Below are positions 1 through 12,300 of a stretch of 64,000 nucleotides of DNA, piece after piece. Location of the stretch: the NCBI GenBank assembly GCA_977030845.1, contig OZ365109.1, positions 23,498,001-23,562,000 of the forward strand, in the 5' to 3' direction. Every line of letters begins with the position of its first letter. Positions within the stretch are counted from its first letter, which is position 1. The stretch comes from Fimbriosthenelais zetlandica (lineage: Eukaryota). A program made the position numbers and the translations under genes. The notes under the pieces were generated by a model. The model did not search any database. It was not told the DNA's origin and saw only the letters and a program-made list of their open reading frames with translations.

Positions 1-480
1 TTTGTTTACAGCTAGGAGTACTGTAGTTCTGGCAAAACAATACAACTAGGCCATTCTCCTCGGAAATGTGTTCATTTCTGCAACAGTATCCTTCCTTTGT
101 CTGTTGTAATAATTATGATTAGGATAGGTGGGCTTGCGGAACGCCAACAATGTTGTTAGCAGTGTATCAACATTCTCCATGTCATTTGGATCCTCTCCAG
201 ATTTTATGAGAGGAGGGCTAATTCTGAATCATGGCATTTGCAATGCGTGTTATGGATGTTCAATGGCGGGTATCACTTACATTAATTCAAAACATTGCCC
301 AACTAAAAGTTCATTAAAAATGGTTGTCACTGTTGTTGGCGGGGTGTTCCAATCCAATCGTGCCTCATGATTTAAATGCAATATGGATCCTTCCAATATT
401 CGCGGTACTGGATATATGCTAATCACGAGGCCGTGGTGCCAACAGAGGCGCCGAAAACTGGAAATTGATCAGCTGCATGC
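1..480 (-). pseudogene. Possible decayed FN3-like coding remnant
   Basis: One minus-strand frame reads VPRILEGSILHLNHEARLDWNTPPTTVT...FRISPPLIKSGEDPNDMENVDTLLTTLLAFRKPTYP...LAVN with several in-frame stops. The Trp-x-x-Pro and TTL..L.P-like spacing is loosely FN3-like. By-eye match only. Confidence 0.2.
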
Positions 481-1125
481 GCCTCGGCTATTGGGTTTAA
501 TTTTGTCCTCGCTTGTTGCGGGCTTTTCGATTAGAGTGTGCGTGACTGTGGGGAGGAGGTGTAGGCCTGGGTCTTTTACATATCATGAAGAGATGGCTAT
601 AAGAGACTAATTAAGTGTGGATGGGGCAAACAGCACATGATCCAGGTGGGAAACACGGACTCGTGAATAGCGAAGATCAGGGTGCATGCCCTCATGAAAA
701 CTAGGATATATTAATATTGTATTCACACGGAAACTTTAATTATTGGCAAGGCGTAAAAACAGAGGAGAGGGGGATTAATGTTCTTATGGAACTGTAATCA
801 TATCTTTTACCTGAAATAGACAGATGTCATATTACAATTAAAATCTTTCATGAAGCAGTGAACATTTCCATCTATAGTATCTATAGGACAGAAGCGAAAA
901 TGAGTGTTTTAATCAAGGGGTCGAAATTATAGAATCAGCTCCAAGTATTCAACGTGTTTTGTGTGCTCACACAAGAAGCCAAAATGTAAACACCAACCAC
1001 TATTTATAGAGCTAGTTACATTATCAGAACATTTTCAGATTGGCCATAATGTAATACATATATACATGTAGGTAATAGAAGTTGTAATATTATGTGGCGA
1101 ATATTCGCTTTGAAACGAGCTCCAG

Positions 1126-1191
1126 GGGCCTGTTCCAAAGGGAATATTAGCAATGCAAAGTCTATGGCTAATATTCGTTTGAAACAGGCTC
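1126..1191. mobile_element. Short hairpin MITE, family A (PIF/Harbinger-like)
   Basis: GGGCCTGTTCCAAAGGGAATATTAGC ... GCTAATATTCGTTTGAAACAGGCTC inverted arms around the family core (CAATGCAAAGTCTATG). CAG at 1123-1125 precedes it, and the right half of a second copy (1096-1122) abuts the same CAG. Confidence 0.75.
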
Positions 1192-1516
1192 CAAAACACA
1201 AGTACAATTTTGTTAATTAAACGTAGATTGAAGGAGAATGATTCCTTCACTGCCTCAACTATGACAGACCACCTATCAGTCAAGCACCATCTGGCTATTG
1301 GAATCCTTTGTAAAGACAAGGATCGAGAATTCCTCTCATCCATAAAGTGCGTAGAGGAAATCCATCAACACATGACAGACATCTGTTCTTCGTCTTATGG
1401 ATAACTCATCACCTGGATCATGGAACTGTAAGTGGTGCAGCAAAAGAGACAAGTTTGGCCAAATAAAGGATGGTTAAAAATAGGTAAAAGGCTCTTGCTC
1501 TTGTTCCTGTCATAAG

Positions 1517-1985
1517 TTATAAATGGTAAACAGTCTGTCTCTGTTCAATATATTTAAGGCGAAAGCTGATCAATGGATGGATGACACTGGAATAGGAGTT
1601 CACCTTCGTAAGAACACCAAAGGAAGCAAGAAAACGGACCCAGAGAACTGTACTGGTTTCTGAAGGCCACTCCTGTGATTTCCGAGTCTGCGTGACAAGC
1701 TTGACACGGGTCCAGAGTCTGGCCTTCCAAGACCGGTCACCAACTGTGTGAGTTAGATAAAATATCAAACGATGGAAACAAACATCAAATGCTAGCAAGT
1801 ACGGTCGCTGTGCTACTGTAGATAATCCACTGTCAATGCAAATCTCTCCACGGTAAAATTCACTCGCCTGTGTTCTATTATGACTTGTATTGGAGCTCAT
1901 ATTGAATGAGACCCGAGCCTCCCGAACTAGCCAGGAGGGGCAAGAAGCTTCCTTTGATCACACGAGTGTCGATATCAGGCATCTC
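1517..1985 (-). pseudogene. Decayed FN3-like coding remnant
   Basis: From 1982 the frame reads MPDIDTRVIKGSFLPLLASSGGSGLIQYELQYKS** (GGS..Y.L.Y, as in the FN3 strand B-C region). The adjacent 127-aa ORF ends ETSTVLWVRF...PLISFRLKYIEQ. Stops and a frame change are required. Confidence 0.35.
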
Positions 1986-2653
1986 TGTACATAGGAATGA
2001 ACATTCTTATCACTGGAAATGTAGAATTTAAAGTACGAAGGGGTGATTATATATGTGTGTGCATTAAGTCAATCAATATTCAAAGAAAGACTTCCAACTG
2101 CCTTTCCTCCAGCCATTGATTCGAGTGACTTATAATGCATTATGCTTTTCTTGCATATATAAAAATAGTGGATGGCTAAAAGGTAAACATGGTTTGATGT
2201 GCAGTCTACACTAAGCGGAAGTGAAGGCAGGAGTGAAGGTTTTGTTGTAGATTGTCGCGTATCATCATAGTGGCGACTAATAGTCAACTACAGATACTGA
2301 TGAGTTGAGAAAGTTGGGAGTGTTTATTGTTTTCATTCATGTTTTTATAAAACATTCAAATTGATTAACTGCATTCATATTATTGTATTGTAATTTGTCC
2401 CAGAAGTGTAGAAATGAATTTTGGCTCACTGCATATAGGTGTTTCTGTATAACTGTAAACACGATCTTAACTTCTATTCTTACTCGCTATCATGAAAGTT
2501 GAGGTCTATTAAAGTCCCCATTCAAAAAGCTGTCAACAGACATCATTCAACCGACTCAAATTTTCCATATCAGTTTGGTTGGTTTCTTCCCAAACCGATA
2601 ATGGAAAGTTTGCTGATAATAATAAAACAATGCAATTTGGGTTTGATTTGCAG

Positions 2654-2715
2654 GAGCCTGTTTCAAAACGAATATTAGCCATCGATTTAACATTCCTTTA
2701 GTTCAAAACGGGCTT
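2654..2715. mobile_element. Degenerate MITE family A copy
   Basis: CAG|GAGCCTGTTTCAAAACGAATATTAGCCATCG...AAAACGGGCTT. The left arm matches the copies at 24491 and 25553; the right arm is decayed and internally deleted. Confidence 0.65.
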
Positions 2716-5167
2716 ATGCACTTATAGAGCTTGATAAATTGAGAAAATATTTAAACTTCCATATGCATATCTTGGTTAGATGGCGGGGGGCGTGGGCCTA
2801 TAATTTGAGCAGAGCAGAGGCATGAAGCTTTTTTGTACACTTGGAACAATACCAAATGCTATTTGATTCCAACCACCCTCAATACATTCTCGATGAGATA
2901 TTGAACGGCTATGACATTGTGTGTGGTCATGCAATACTTTATCTAATCTTACATTTGTTATGATACTGACTCGAGCTTAGAAGATTGCTGGAGTTGTAGA
3001 AGGCACGCAGTAGCAGGAGAGGAGTGAGCTCTAATGATCCAAACAGAACTCAACCCTGGAGGATCTTAGTATCGACGATCAATATTGCACTCAATCATCT
3101 CCTCCTTCGTTTATGTCTGATGAGGATATAACTGCTGCTACAAGTTTCACAGGCTGCGTTTCTTTTAGTCCATAACTCCGCATTGTTCCCTTGGTCTATA
3201 CGTGAAAGGGACCTTCCCAGCACACCTCATTAAGTGAATTAATGAACTTTAATTGTCCGCGCTTTCTGTTTGCTGTGTTTCTTTCAAGCTGCAATATAGC
3301 GGAGGCGAGGACTAACAGTTGCTAGGGTGTTTTACATATCAGAAGTGAATTAGTTGTGGCATTGTGGTATTTATTTCACAGCTGTGAGTGAAACGAATTG
3401 AAATCAAGGCGGGCTTTGCTGGATTGAAAATACAAATACACTTGGCACAATGTGCGCCGGGCGTGAGCTGGCTGCCGATGTTCCCAGTATTCTGTCTATG
3501 AGCTGTATCCGTTCACCTGGAATAACCGAATCGACCAGTCACAAGTGAACATATGCAAAACGAATTAGGGTCCGGTGATGTGATGACCAAGCAAACGCTG
3601 GTAGATGGCGGGGAATGGATGAAACAGCTTTTGCCAGCAAAGTTCTGTCTGTCCAACAGACGCAATCAGCCTTATTAACGAAGTCCCAAAGGTCAAGCAT
3701 CCTCGCTGCATTCATAACCAATCTAGCCTATAACAAACACCATGGCTTATTAAGGTAAAAGACCACGGTACCTCTTAACCTATTAAAGGAAAAAAAATTG
3801 TCGAGTAATCTTAAATTTATTAGTTTCCCGTGAGTCTCTACTGCATGGTTCCTTTCCATGCAGTATCATTCTATGGAGAGTTTATAAGTTCCTTTCAATC
3901 ACTGTACGAGCTTTGGTCATAGAATTCCCATTATGCAAATTGCAAGGCTGGGAGAATTTATGCCCTCTTACATTGGGGATGGCGTTCAGACGGGTCATGT
4001 AAATGCTCAAGAAGAGCCTCTTAAAGCGATTTGAGGTACAAATGCACAGAAGATGGTGTTTTCCAGTTAGCAAGGATCAGAGGTGGGGGAGACTAGTTAG
4101 TAAAAGTCTCCCGGGAGCATGGCCTTTGTGTGAGAGCCTATGACGTGACAGTCTGCCTAGCTGTAGTCACGGCATGGAACCATTAGGTAAATACACACTA
4201 CCTTGGTCTTCACCCTTTAACAGGTACTTCTGGTCCTGTCTTGCCTACCAACAAGGTCTGGCACACACGCTCACAAAAGCCTATATGGTCACTCCATACT
4301 ATAGGCTGTTGCCCGCCCGCACAAATAACCACATAATTATCCTTGGCTCTTTCATCATTTATTGCACCACGCACCGCTGGCCAATCACCTTGATTAGTCC
4401 CCAACCGGAGCAATGGGAGAAATTAAAGCGCGCCACACTGGATGGATATGATGATAAGTGTATACAAAGACGGAGCGTGACAAGGCCTAGCATGGACCAT
4501 TAATTTAATTCCGATGATGTGCACTATGCTTAATTATTTTACATCACTCACCCAGTATTCACGTCAATTCCCCCTCCTTTCAGTTTGTCTTCGATGAATA
4601 TTGATCACTGGTGTTTAAAAAGAAGGACTCTTTCGTCACCAACTTCACATCGCATTGATGTATGGGCCTATTAAAATCCGAGGGAAGATAAATGCTCCCG
4701 AGAGATTAGCAGCTTATCATAGGTATTACAATAGGGAATAAACAAAAATCCTTGAGCATCTACATCGATCTGAGCCTGTTATCACATGAATCAAAAATCC
4801 TTTTCCTTTCTGCTGGGATCAGGTTGAGTGACATGATATAAATCTGGCAGATAGTCATATTGTAAATAATCGAGTTCAAAAATGTTGATTTCCTATTTCC
4901 GATCGCTTAATATGAAGAGCTGTCGGCAAGATATTGAAAGCGTGAGCACAATCATTAAGCGGCGGTTGAATCGACATTTTCAATGGTGTTATAATTCTTA
5001 AGTAGGGGATCACACCTCGATTTCTTCAAGACATAAATAACAGTAGACCGAGGCGAAATTTCAGACTCTAGTTAAAAAACAATTTAAAAAAAATATACTT
5101 CTAATTGTCTGAGGGCCCTTTATATCAACATCGATTATTACATTTTTGTATTATAATAGGATATCTG

Positions 5168-5225
5168 GGGCCTGTTTTAGCGCAAAACGTTCCCATAGAC
5201 TTAGCATTACTGACGGTTTTTTTGT
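5168..5225. mobile_element. MITE family A variant, left arm and core
   Basis: CTG|GGGCCTGTTTTAGCGCAAAACGTTCCCATAGACTTAGCATTAC. The left arm resembles the 18072 copy and the core is shared with family A; the right end is not recognisable. Confidence 0.55.
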
Positions 5226-8200
5226 CAGAAGTTGCTAAGGTTCATGTTGTAATACAAAATACCTATGCTTTCTGTGTGCCATATTGGTACCACTGGTAAT
5301 AGGATTTGTATGTCCAAATGATTAAACACAGACATGGGCCTGGGTATTTTTCCCAGATCAACCATGTTTCCAGTGACGTAGATGGGGCTTCTATGGGCCG
5401 TAGGTTCATATCCAGTGTACCTAATGGCTGGGCAGATGGCATGGTACCGTGAGAAGACAGGGTATGGGGCCCTGCACCCATTAGGTTAGAGGTAAATAGG
5501 TGAGGTAACGCTAATTAGCCGAGTCACTCAACTGACTGCTTTGGTTTGTGATAGGATCGCACTGCTCCTGCCTAAACACAGCCTGATCTCCCCTTCTCAT
5601 TCTCCAACATGCTCCTCCCTGATTAGTCCATTGATTTTTGCCTGACCCCCTAATTTGATTTGCCTGTCCCTATCACCCATAGTGTTTGAACTGTTCCAGC
5701 CCAGGGAAACATGTGCAGGAGTGATAGGGCCTGCATGAAGATGATGTCACTGGGGCCATGCTGCGTTGTTGTTTTTTTTATCCAGCCTGCCAAAGGTTTC
5801 CAATATAGCCTCCGCCGAAAAAAATATACTTTGAATCATTGTGTATTGTATACATACTTCAAACCAAATGCTCCCTGCCCTTCTGAAGTACTCCGAGGGG
5901 TTTTATCCATCATGTCTTAGGCATTAGCACGTGGAAGATATGAGATATTTTCATCCAACGAGTTTTTATGAAAGTGCAATGAAACATCAAAGCAAATGCT
6001 CGGGGGTGAGCTATAGGGGGGAGGGTATGCCTTCAAAGAGGAAGGTTTTAGTGAAATGACCTAAAGCACTCTAATACTGAAAAGCGTTGCCTTTTTCCAT
6101 TGTTTCTAGGAGACATCCCCAATTCGGGGGTCGGGTATAGGCCCGGCCAGGGCATGTTATCATGCATCGATCCTGCCCCATCAATACTCTATCTCAACCA
6201 TCTAAAGGATCACTTCCAGTTGTTCAAGATATGCAAGATAGGAGATGGCATCTTCACTGGAGGCAATTGATTATAGCAGCAGCGTGCCTATTTGCAGAAC
6301 GACACCCCCTCGGAATCTCAGATAGGCTTTACCGGGGTTAAAAAGACTCAGGATGTATTCACAACAAGACTGATCTAAACCACTGGTAAAGAATAAACTA
6401 AACGAGGATAGAAAAACAGCTGCATGTCTATGCTTCGGGCAAAAAAACAGGCCATAATGCCACGTGTGGGATTCAGCGATGACATGCTAAAGTATATGGA
6501 TGGACTTTTAGTGACGCGTGAGGTATCTTTTTACCAATTAGAAGAGATATGTTTTTGCTATCTTTTTTGCAGTGCCTAGAATAAATGGCTTGTAAAATGT
6601 AGGATAGATTGGTTCAAGATACTAAGACATGCTCGATGATCGGAACTCAGCAGTTATTATAGGTAACTTGATATGTGTGCTTCGTCATAGATCGAAAAAG
6701 CTGCTATGAAACTAGGCTTGTAATACAAAAGCATGCATGCAGGATTATGTGTATTTCCTGACGCAGTAACTCTCAGGTTCTATGGAGATTTCCTGCGTTA
6801 TGCCCACTTTTGTTTCACCCTGATGGGAGTTAATTAGGCGTAGGGTTTTAGCATGAAAGATGCACAATGTGTGGTATTCAATGGATGAGAGATCATTTGG
6901 GCGTTGCCCACATCATTGTGAAGATGCTTTGATGTCCGAGTAGAGAATGGAAGAACATCACAGCTTATAGAGGTAGGGTCTATAATCTAGACCAGCTGGA
7001 GCGGTCTGTAGAAGAATTGTATATGTAAAAGCGACATGCTTTATATTATAGATAAATAGTCATGTGGGCGGGGAGAGGAAGGGGAAGCAGGCACGAGAGG
7101 AATGTATCTTTGAATCAATCCCGTCCAGTGGTATTTATAGAAAATAGGACATAATAGGAAGATTGATTAGGGAATAATTGAATGTCTTGATGAAGGGATT
7201 CATCGGGGGGCTCGCTGGCTTAACTAGAATTATCTGATTTCCATTTCCTTGTCATTTCTACTGCAACATATACAGGCTTAAATCCTAGCCCATCTTGTTT
7301 TTGCCACTACCAAGTGTGCCAGTTGAACACTCGACTCTGCTAATCCAATAATAATTCAGCTCAGCCTTCGCATTTGAAATGCATTGGTCAATTGCCTGGC
7401 TGGCGACTTGGACCCATTCCCTTTAAGGAACGGACAAACGTGCAAGGGATTCCCAATGTCATTATCCATTCAAAATCCATCATGCGAGTCCAGCTCCCTA
7501 ACTTGTTTATTTCAAATTAAAGTATTTTAATACGAGCATAGAAATAAAGGCGATGGCTTCTTTTTTCCCAAGCCAGTCTTGATCAGACCCCATCTGGTGT
7601 GGCAAACTCTTATCCCCTGGGGAGGCATCAGAAAGCAGTGGTTGATTGATGCGAGTGGGAATTCTCTGCCACATACAAGTTGGCAATTTTTCCTCCCTAG
7701 ACTAATATGTCCCTCATGTGGGCAGATACCCTGGGTGTCAAAAAAGCTCTGTCCAACAAATACTCCTACGGTAAAATGACGCCTTAGTGTACAAAGAGTA
7801 TTTGGCTGTAAATGTTCCAAAAGCCACCATGCAGGTGCATTGCAAGTCGAATGGCCTATGGGGACTTCTAAGTAAGTTTTGACTTCGTGCAGATTTCCGG
7901 TGATAAATTGACTACACTATGTAGGGATAAGTTATAAAGACAGATTGTTAGCGCATTGGAGGGGGATCCGTTATTGGCCTGGCCTTTACCCAAAAGGCTG
8001 GGAAATAAAAGACCATCAGCTCGGTCAGGTCCGTGTATATATCAGTACAATGGTGACCGTCACGACTATGGCACATCAGGGGAGATCCATCAGGTCATGG
8101 AAATGACCTCATGGGGGATGCCCTTCCCTCGTTCCAGCAGATAATGTTGCTTACAGTGTGGTACGACTGACGTTAACAGTCTACCCATACTCAGGCCATA

Positions 8201-8257
8201 AATGGATCGTTCTATATAAAAAAAAGACCAGGGAGCAGAGCTCAGGAGGATGTCATA

Positions 8258-8467
8258 TCACATGAAGGTCTTCCTCCCATTCTGACAATGCCCCTTTATA
8301 ATTTCCAGTTGGAATGTTGCCCTAAGACGACAGTTATATCGGTAGGAATAAAAAGGCAAATCCAGGATGATCTGGACATACTCATTGGACAAAGCTCCAG
8401 TCCAGGGAACACAATCAGCCATGACCGTAAAACTCTGTGTCACATATATCAAAACCGCTAACAACAT
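8258..8467 (-). pseudogene. FN3-like C-terminal fragment in a short ORF
   Basis: Residues 32-51 of the ORF, QIILDLPFYSYRYNCRLRAT (8315-8374), resemble the FN3 E-F strand pattern i.dL.P.t.Y..r.rA. No splice context established. Confidence 0.3.
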
Positions 8468-9184
8468 TTCTAAGCTTTCGGACGCCAGAATTCTGACTGG
8501 CTTCAGTTGAGGAACCCAGCATAGCGTGTACCATCAAAGTCTATCGTATTAACTCTCCTGGGGCCGGAGAACCACTGCCGTGACAATTCATCCCAGAGAC
8601 AAATTAACTGGGGACATCACTATGAAGGGGGTAGTTTTGGATCTGTGTGTGGGCCTTGCAACTCACTGAGTAGTGTATATCATCAGCAATCTGTAGGGCA
8701 CAGGCGGTATGTGCATTTATTGATGAAGTTTTTTATGGATGGGACTCAGATATATCAGTCTCTATTAACTGGGGATGACGTGCATAGATTTAGCCACTTC
8801 AGTTCTAAGGGCTAGAGATATCATAGCCTCTGCCACGTTATTGACAGTGTATAGCCTTGATCATGGGGTTTGGATCAAGGCACGTTCATATTTGGCATCA
8901 AAGGGAGCCTGGCCAATTGGTCAGAAAAACTGGAGGACATCTAGTCTGTGTGGTTCTGTGTGTTATACCAAACCTTGCTTTGATACGTATTAGGAAATTA
9001 ACTCCATCATAGAGATTGGTTTCGATTTGTATTTATATGGGATAGATAACCAGGGTGTGCTGACGGACATGCTTGCAGGTTCCTTATCGTTGGTACATGG
9101 GAAGAGAACACAAACACAGCCAGGGGGTGTAAAGAATACAGAAGAAAGCAATGTCACTGTGGGAACCTACGGACCCCCGCTTAC

Positions 9185-9214
9185 ATCCTTGGTTCTGGAG
9201 CTGCCAGCCGAGGC
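9185..9214 (-). CDS. Candidate 30-nt symmetric micro-exon
   Basis: Minus strand: TTGCCTTTCCTTTTCAG|GCCTCGGCTGGCAGCTCCAGAACCAAGGAT|GTAAGC. Strong acceptor and donor; open in phase 1 (GLGWQLQNQG), the phase left by the 14215-14317 exon. Confidence 0.2.
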
Positions 9215-10360
9215 CTGAAAAGGAAAGGCAATGCGCTTGGGGTTGGCTAGACGAACCTTTGGTGAGAAACCATGTGTGATAAGGGGGAACAAAGTATGAA
9301 AGAGACCCTAAGCACCAGTAGCCGAAGGGTGCACACAGGCCTGCCGGTCCCTGAACCCGAAGGTCCCCCTTTGATGATGATGTTAACGGGAGATGATGAT
9401 GATGGACCATGCATTTGGGCAAGATTGCGTGGGTACTGCGATGACTTTCATGCCCAGTCCCTGGCTTCATACATTCGTAGTGAACATTGAGTAACAACAT
9501 TCCCTCCTCACAAAAAAGGAACTCTCTCCCCACCTGTTCTCTTCCCACCCGAATGTCAAGGGATAGAACTTCACAGAAGTTACCCCCACCCACCCCCCAT
9601 ACACTTATAGAAGCCTTTTGTGATCCTTAGTTCAGGCGAAACATTTGAAAACCAAGCCCACTGATATTAGAATCGGAGCTCTGTTTAAAAAAAAGAGGAA
9701 TCTCAAGGACAATGTGTCCGGGTCGATATAATACGTATCCTAATATAGAAAGTTGACATCAACTGTAAAGGCAGGGGCGTTATTCACATGACATTGCGGT
9801 AATGAGATGGTGCGTTTAATTCCGGATCAAATATCTTCTTCCATCAGCCCAGTCCCACTCACACTGCCAGAATGAAATGAAGAGAGTTAAGGCCAAGATT
9901 GACGTGTTAATTAATTTCAGGAGACTTTGCATGAGTCATATAGAAAAAAGTTATGAAATGATACTGTATACGCCAGCCACAAACCTCTATATATAGAATC
10001 TAAGTTATTTATTCTGTCTGGGACATACCCGCTACCCTTTACCTTGCCATAATTATCACATTTTAACAGTGCATGTCACTGTGGCTCGTTTGGAGCTCGT
10101 TCACGAGTGGCCAGCCATTAAAGCCCCTTTAATGAGGTTGGAGCATTTTCAACTGGGAGGTAATGATTTTCTTGCCGTTGGCCGTTATTTTTTAACCCTG
10201 GCAAGTGTTGGTCCGTTCTCTCCTCATTGCTGTGTTTGTTAACGTGTGAGATATATCCGAAGACAGATGGACATGGGAGAAGATGGATAGTAGTGGAATA
10301 GATGGATGCATGGACGCTGGGTTCAACAGATGAGGTTATCTGTGGTAGAGAGTGAACTAA

Positions 10361-11210
10361 GGACCAGAAGGAAACAATGTGAGCTATCCTTCAGTCATTT
10401 TTGACGGATTAGTATACAAAATGATTATTAATGTTACCCATCATGAGTGTAGGCCGACCCACTTTTTGACTGCTTTTATCAAGAACAATATCCTTGATGA
10501 ATTAGTTCCTAATGTCAGCGCTGGCACTGTTGGAAACCTAGTACCTAGCTTATTATAATACAGAAACTCTCATAGTAAGTGAGTACACCCATGGAGTGAG
10601 ATTATGTTCAATATTCACTCCCACATTCCATGCAATCGCATCCATTCATGTAATATTAATGTAAAGCTGATTGTTTATCACAGGAAGTATCCGGAAATAA
10701 AACTAATGTGTAGAAATTCCAATGCAAAGTTACCATAACATTTGGATCATAGTACACTAATAGTCTTATGTGCATGAGCTCCTGCGTACTGAATACAACT
10801 GCTCTGTGTGAAACAGCAATGACACGTGAATGTATACAGTATCTAGAATACTATACTACCTACTCTATAGAACCATTGGGCAAGAATATTTGCCTTTGGT
10901 TAGTGGTAATGCAAGTACAACTGCAGTTCATGAATGTAGGTTGAAGAATATGAATTTATTCAGTACGTATGTGGCAGTATCCCCCCACTAACTCGATACA
11001 TACAGTTCCCATGATGGTCAGATGGGAAGAATGGCCACATTTGAATCCACTCTGGGAATACACAGCCATGTTCAAGCCTGATGCAGGTATCGTAAACTGT
11101 GTACCTAATGCCAGGGTCATTCTGTGTCAGTGTGTCCAGTGAGGATTCATCGATTTCTGATATACAATGTATTCCCCATCAAAGACTGGATTAGTAATTC
11201 ACATGCAAAT
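10361..11210 (+). pseudogene. Decayed tandem FN3-repeat coding segment (about 3-4 domains)
   Basis: Successive frames give NVSYPSVIFDGLVYKMIINV...ILDELVPNVSAGTVG; EVSGNKT; HELLRTEYNCSV*NSN; RILYYLLYRTIG...VSGNASTT...RLKNMNLFSTYVAVSP (from 10845); a frameshift at a C6 run; MMVRWEEWPHLNPLWEYTAMFK (from 11011); FLIYNVFP. FN3 hallmark residues appear in the right order, with multiple stops and frameshifts. Confidence 0.5.
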
Positions 11211-11598
11211 GATTTTATGATGGCATGATGATAGATTTCAGGAATTTGAACCTATCAGAAAGAGGAAAACTTGCAAGGAGATACACAGTCATGTATATGT
11301 CTGTATAATAGGCCCGCTGCATAATGAAGGGGTGTATTTAAAGGTGATAGTTGCAATTATGGGAAAAAGTGGGATAGGTCCTTTCTCAGATGAATCCAAT
11401 ATATATGTTCATATATTCTCAAAGAGTAATGATTCTCTTGAATTCTATGCCAATGTCCTTTGCCCATATAGTGAACCAGCATCCCAGTTCGGGGAGAAGG
11501 GAATAGAAAGGTATGAAAAAAGAAACTCATAATATAAAGAACCAAGACCTTACCCATTTGTCCATGCACATTATACACATACTGCTTCCTCCGTATAT

Positions 11599-11718
11599 CC
11601 ACCCCAACCCCCGGCCCCATCACCATCACCAACAACCCCCCTCCCCTCTCCCTTACACACATCCCTCCCCACAATTCCCACCAAACCACATCATCTCAAT
11701 CAACTAAACTCAACAATC
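11599..11718. repeat. C/A-rich low-complexity tract
   Basis: Almost G-free on the plus strand (CCACCCCAACCCCCGGCCCCATCACC...), giving many G-runs on the minus strand. Confidence 0.8.
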
Positions 11719-11949
11719 TATTCATTAAATATAAACACAGCGCATGATCTGTTTATTCAAGTCAGATGTTCAATTCATGGCTGGAGTAATGGAGAGGAGG
11801 CGCCTGGCTTGCTAAATATGTCGTTTTCCATCAGTATCTGGGTGATGAAGCAGGTTTTGATGAGCCAGTGTCGGGCTTGGGGGAGCCCTCACAGCGGTAG
11901 GGACGTCGGTAAACTGATACCCTCTGCCAATCAATTGCTGAACGAATCA

Positions 11950-12300
11950 ATTGACATTAATTCATGGCGAATCTCGTGGTTTTCGTTCACTTTCGCAGCC
12001 CTTTTTCCCCCACCACCCTCCTCCATCCTTTCCCATTGGCCAACGTGATTATAAGGGACTGGGACTCGAACCGTCATGCACGATTCATATGCCATCTCCC
12101 GGGACCAAAGAGCATTTACACAGAGCGCAACCCAATACTTTTTCGCCCGATTCTGTTCACGTTGCGCACTAGGAGCCCAAATGGAAGCGCAATCCCGCGC
12201 GACCAAAGCAAAACAATGGCGAGCTTGGGATGATCCGAAAGCGAGGCTTAGCCACGGCTGGTCACGTGATGACTGCTGACAACATATAGTCCCCCGGTGC
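11950..12300. promoter_or_regulatory. CpG-rich patch with promoter-type motifs
   Basis: Locally CpG-rich, with CCCATTGGC (12032-12040, CCAAT on minus), E2F-like TTTTCGCCCG (12140-12149) and TCCCGCGCG (12193-12201), and E-box GTCACGTGAT (12261-12270). Motifs only, no transcript evidence. Confidence 0.25.

Noticed and set aside
3000-3720. Minus-strand VCWEGPFHV...RSYGL read as a Gypsy integrase C-terminus
   Set aside because: Only one short motif; no DDE core found, and the same residues fit an FN3 W..P pattern equally well. Left unassigned.
7500-8750. Minus-strand fragments resembling Gypsy RT/RNase H (YRLCPTD, FPAFWVKARPITD, SDASPG, IAFIS)
   Set aside because: No YxDD motif, fragments lie in different frames, no LTRs or PBS seen; compatible with chance or with FN3-like decay.
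9084-9593. Longest ORF in the window (169 aa, minus)
   Set aside because: No recognisable domain or compositional coherence and no supporting exon structure beyond the 30-nt internal candidate.
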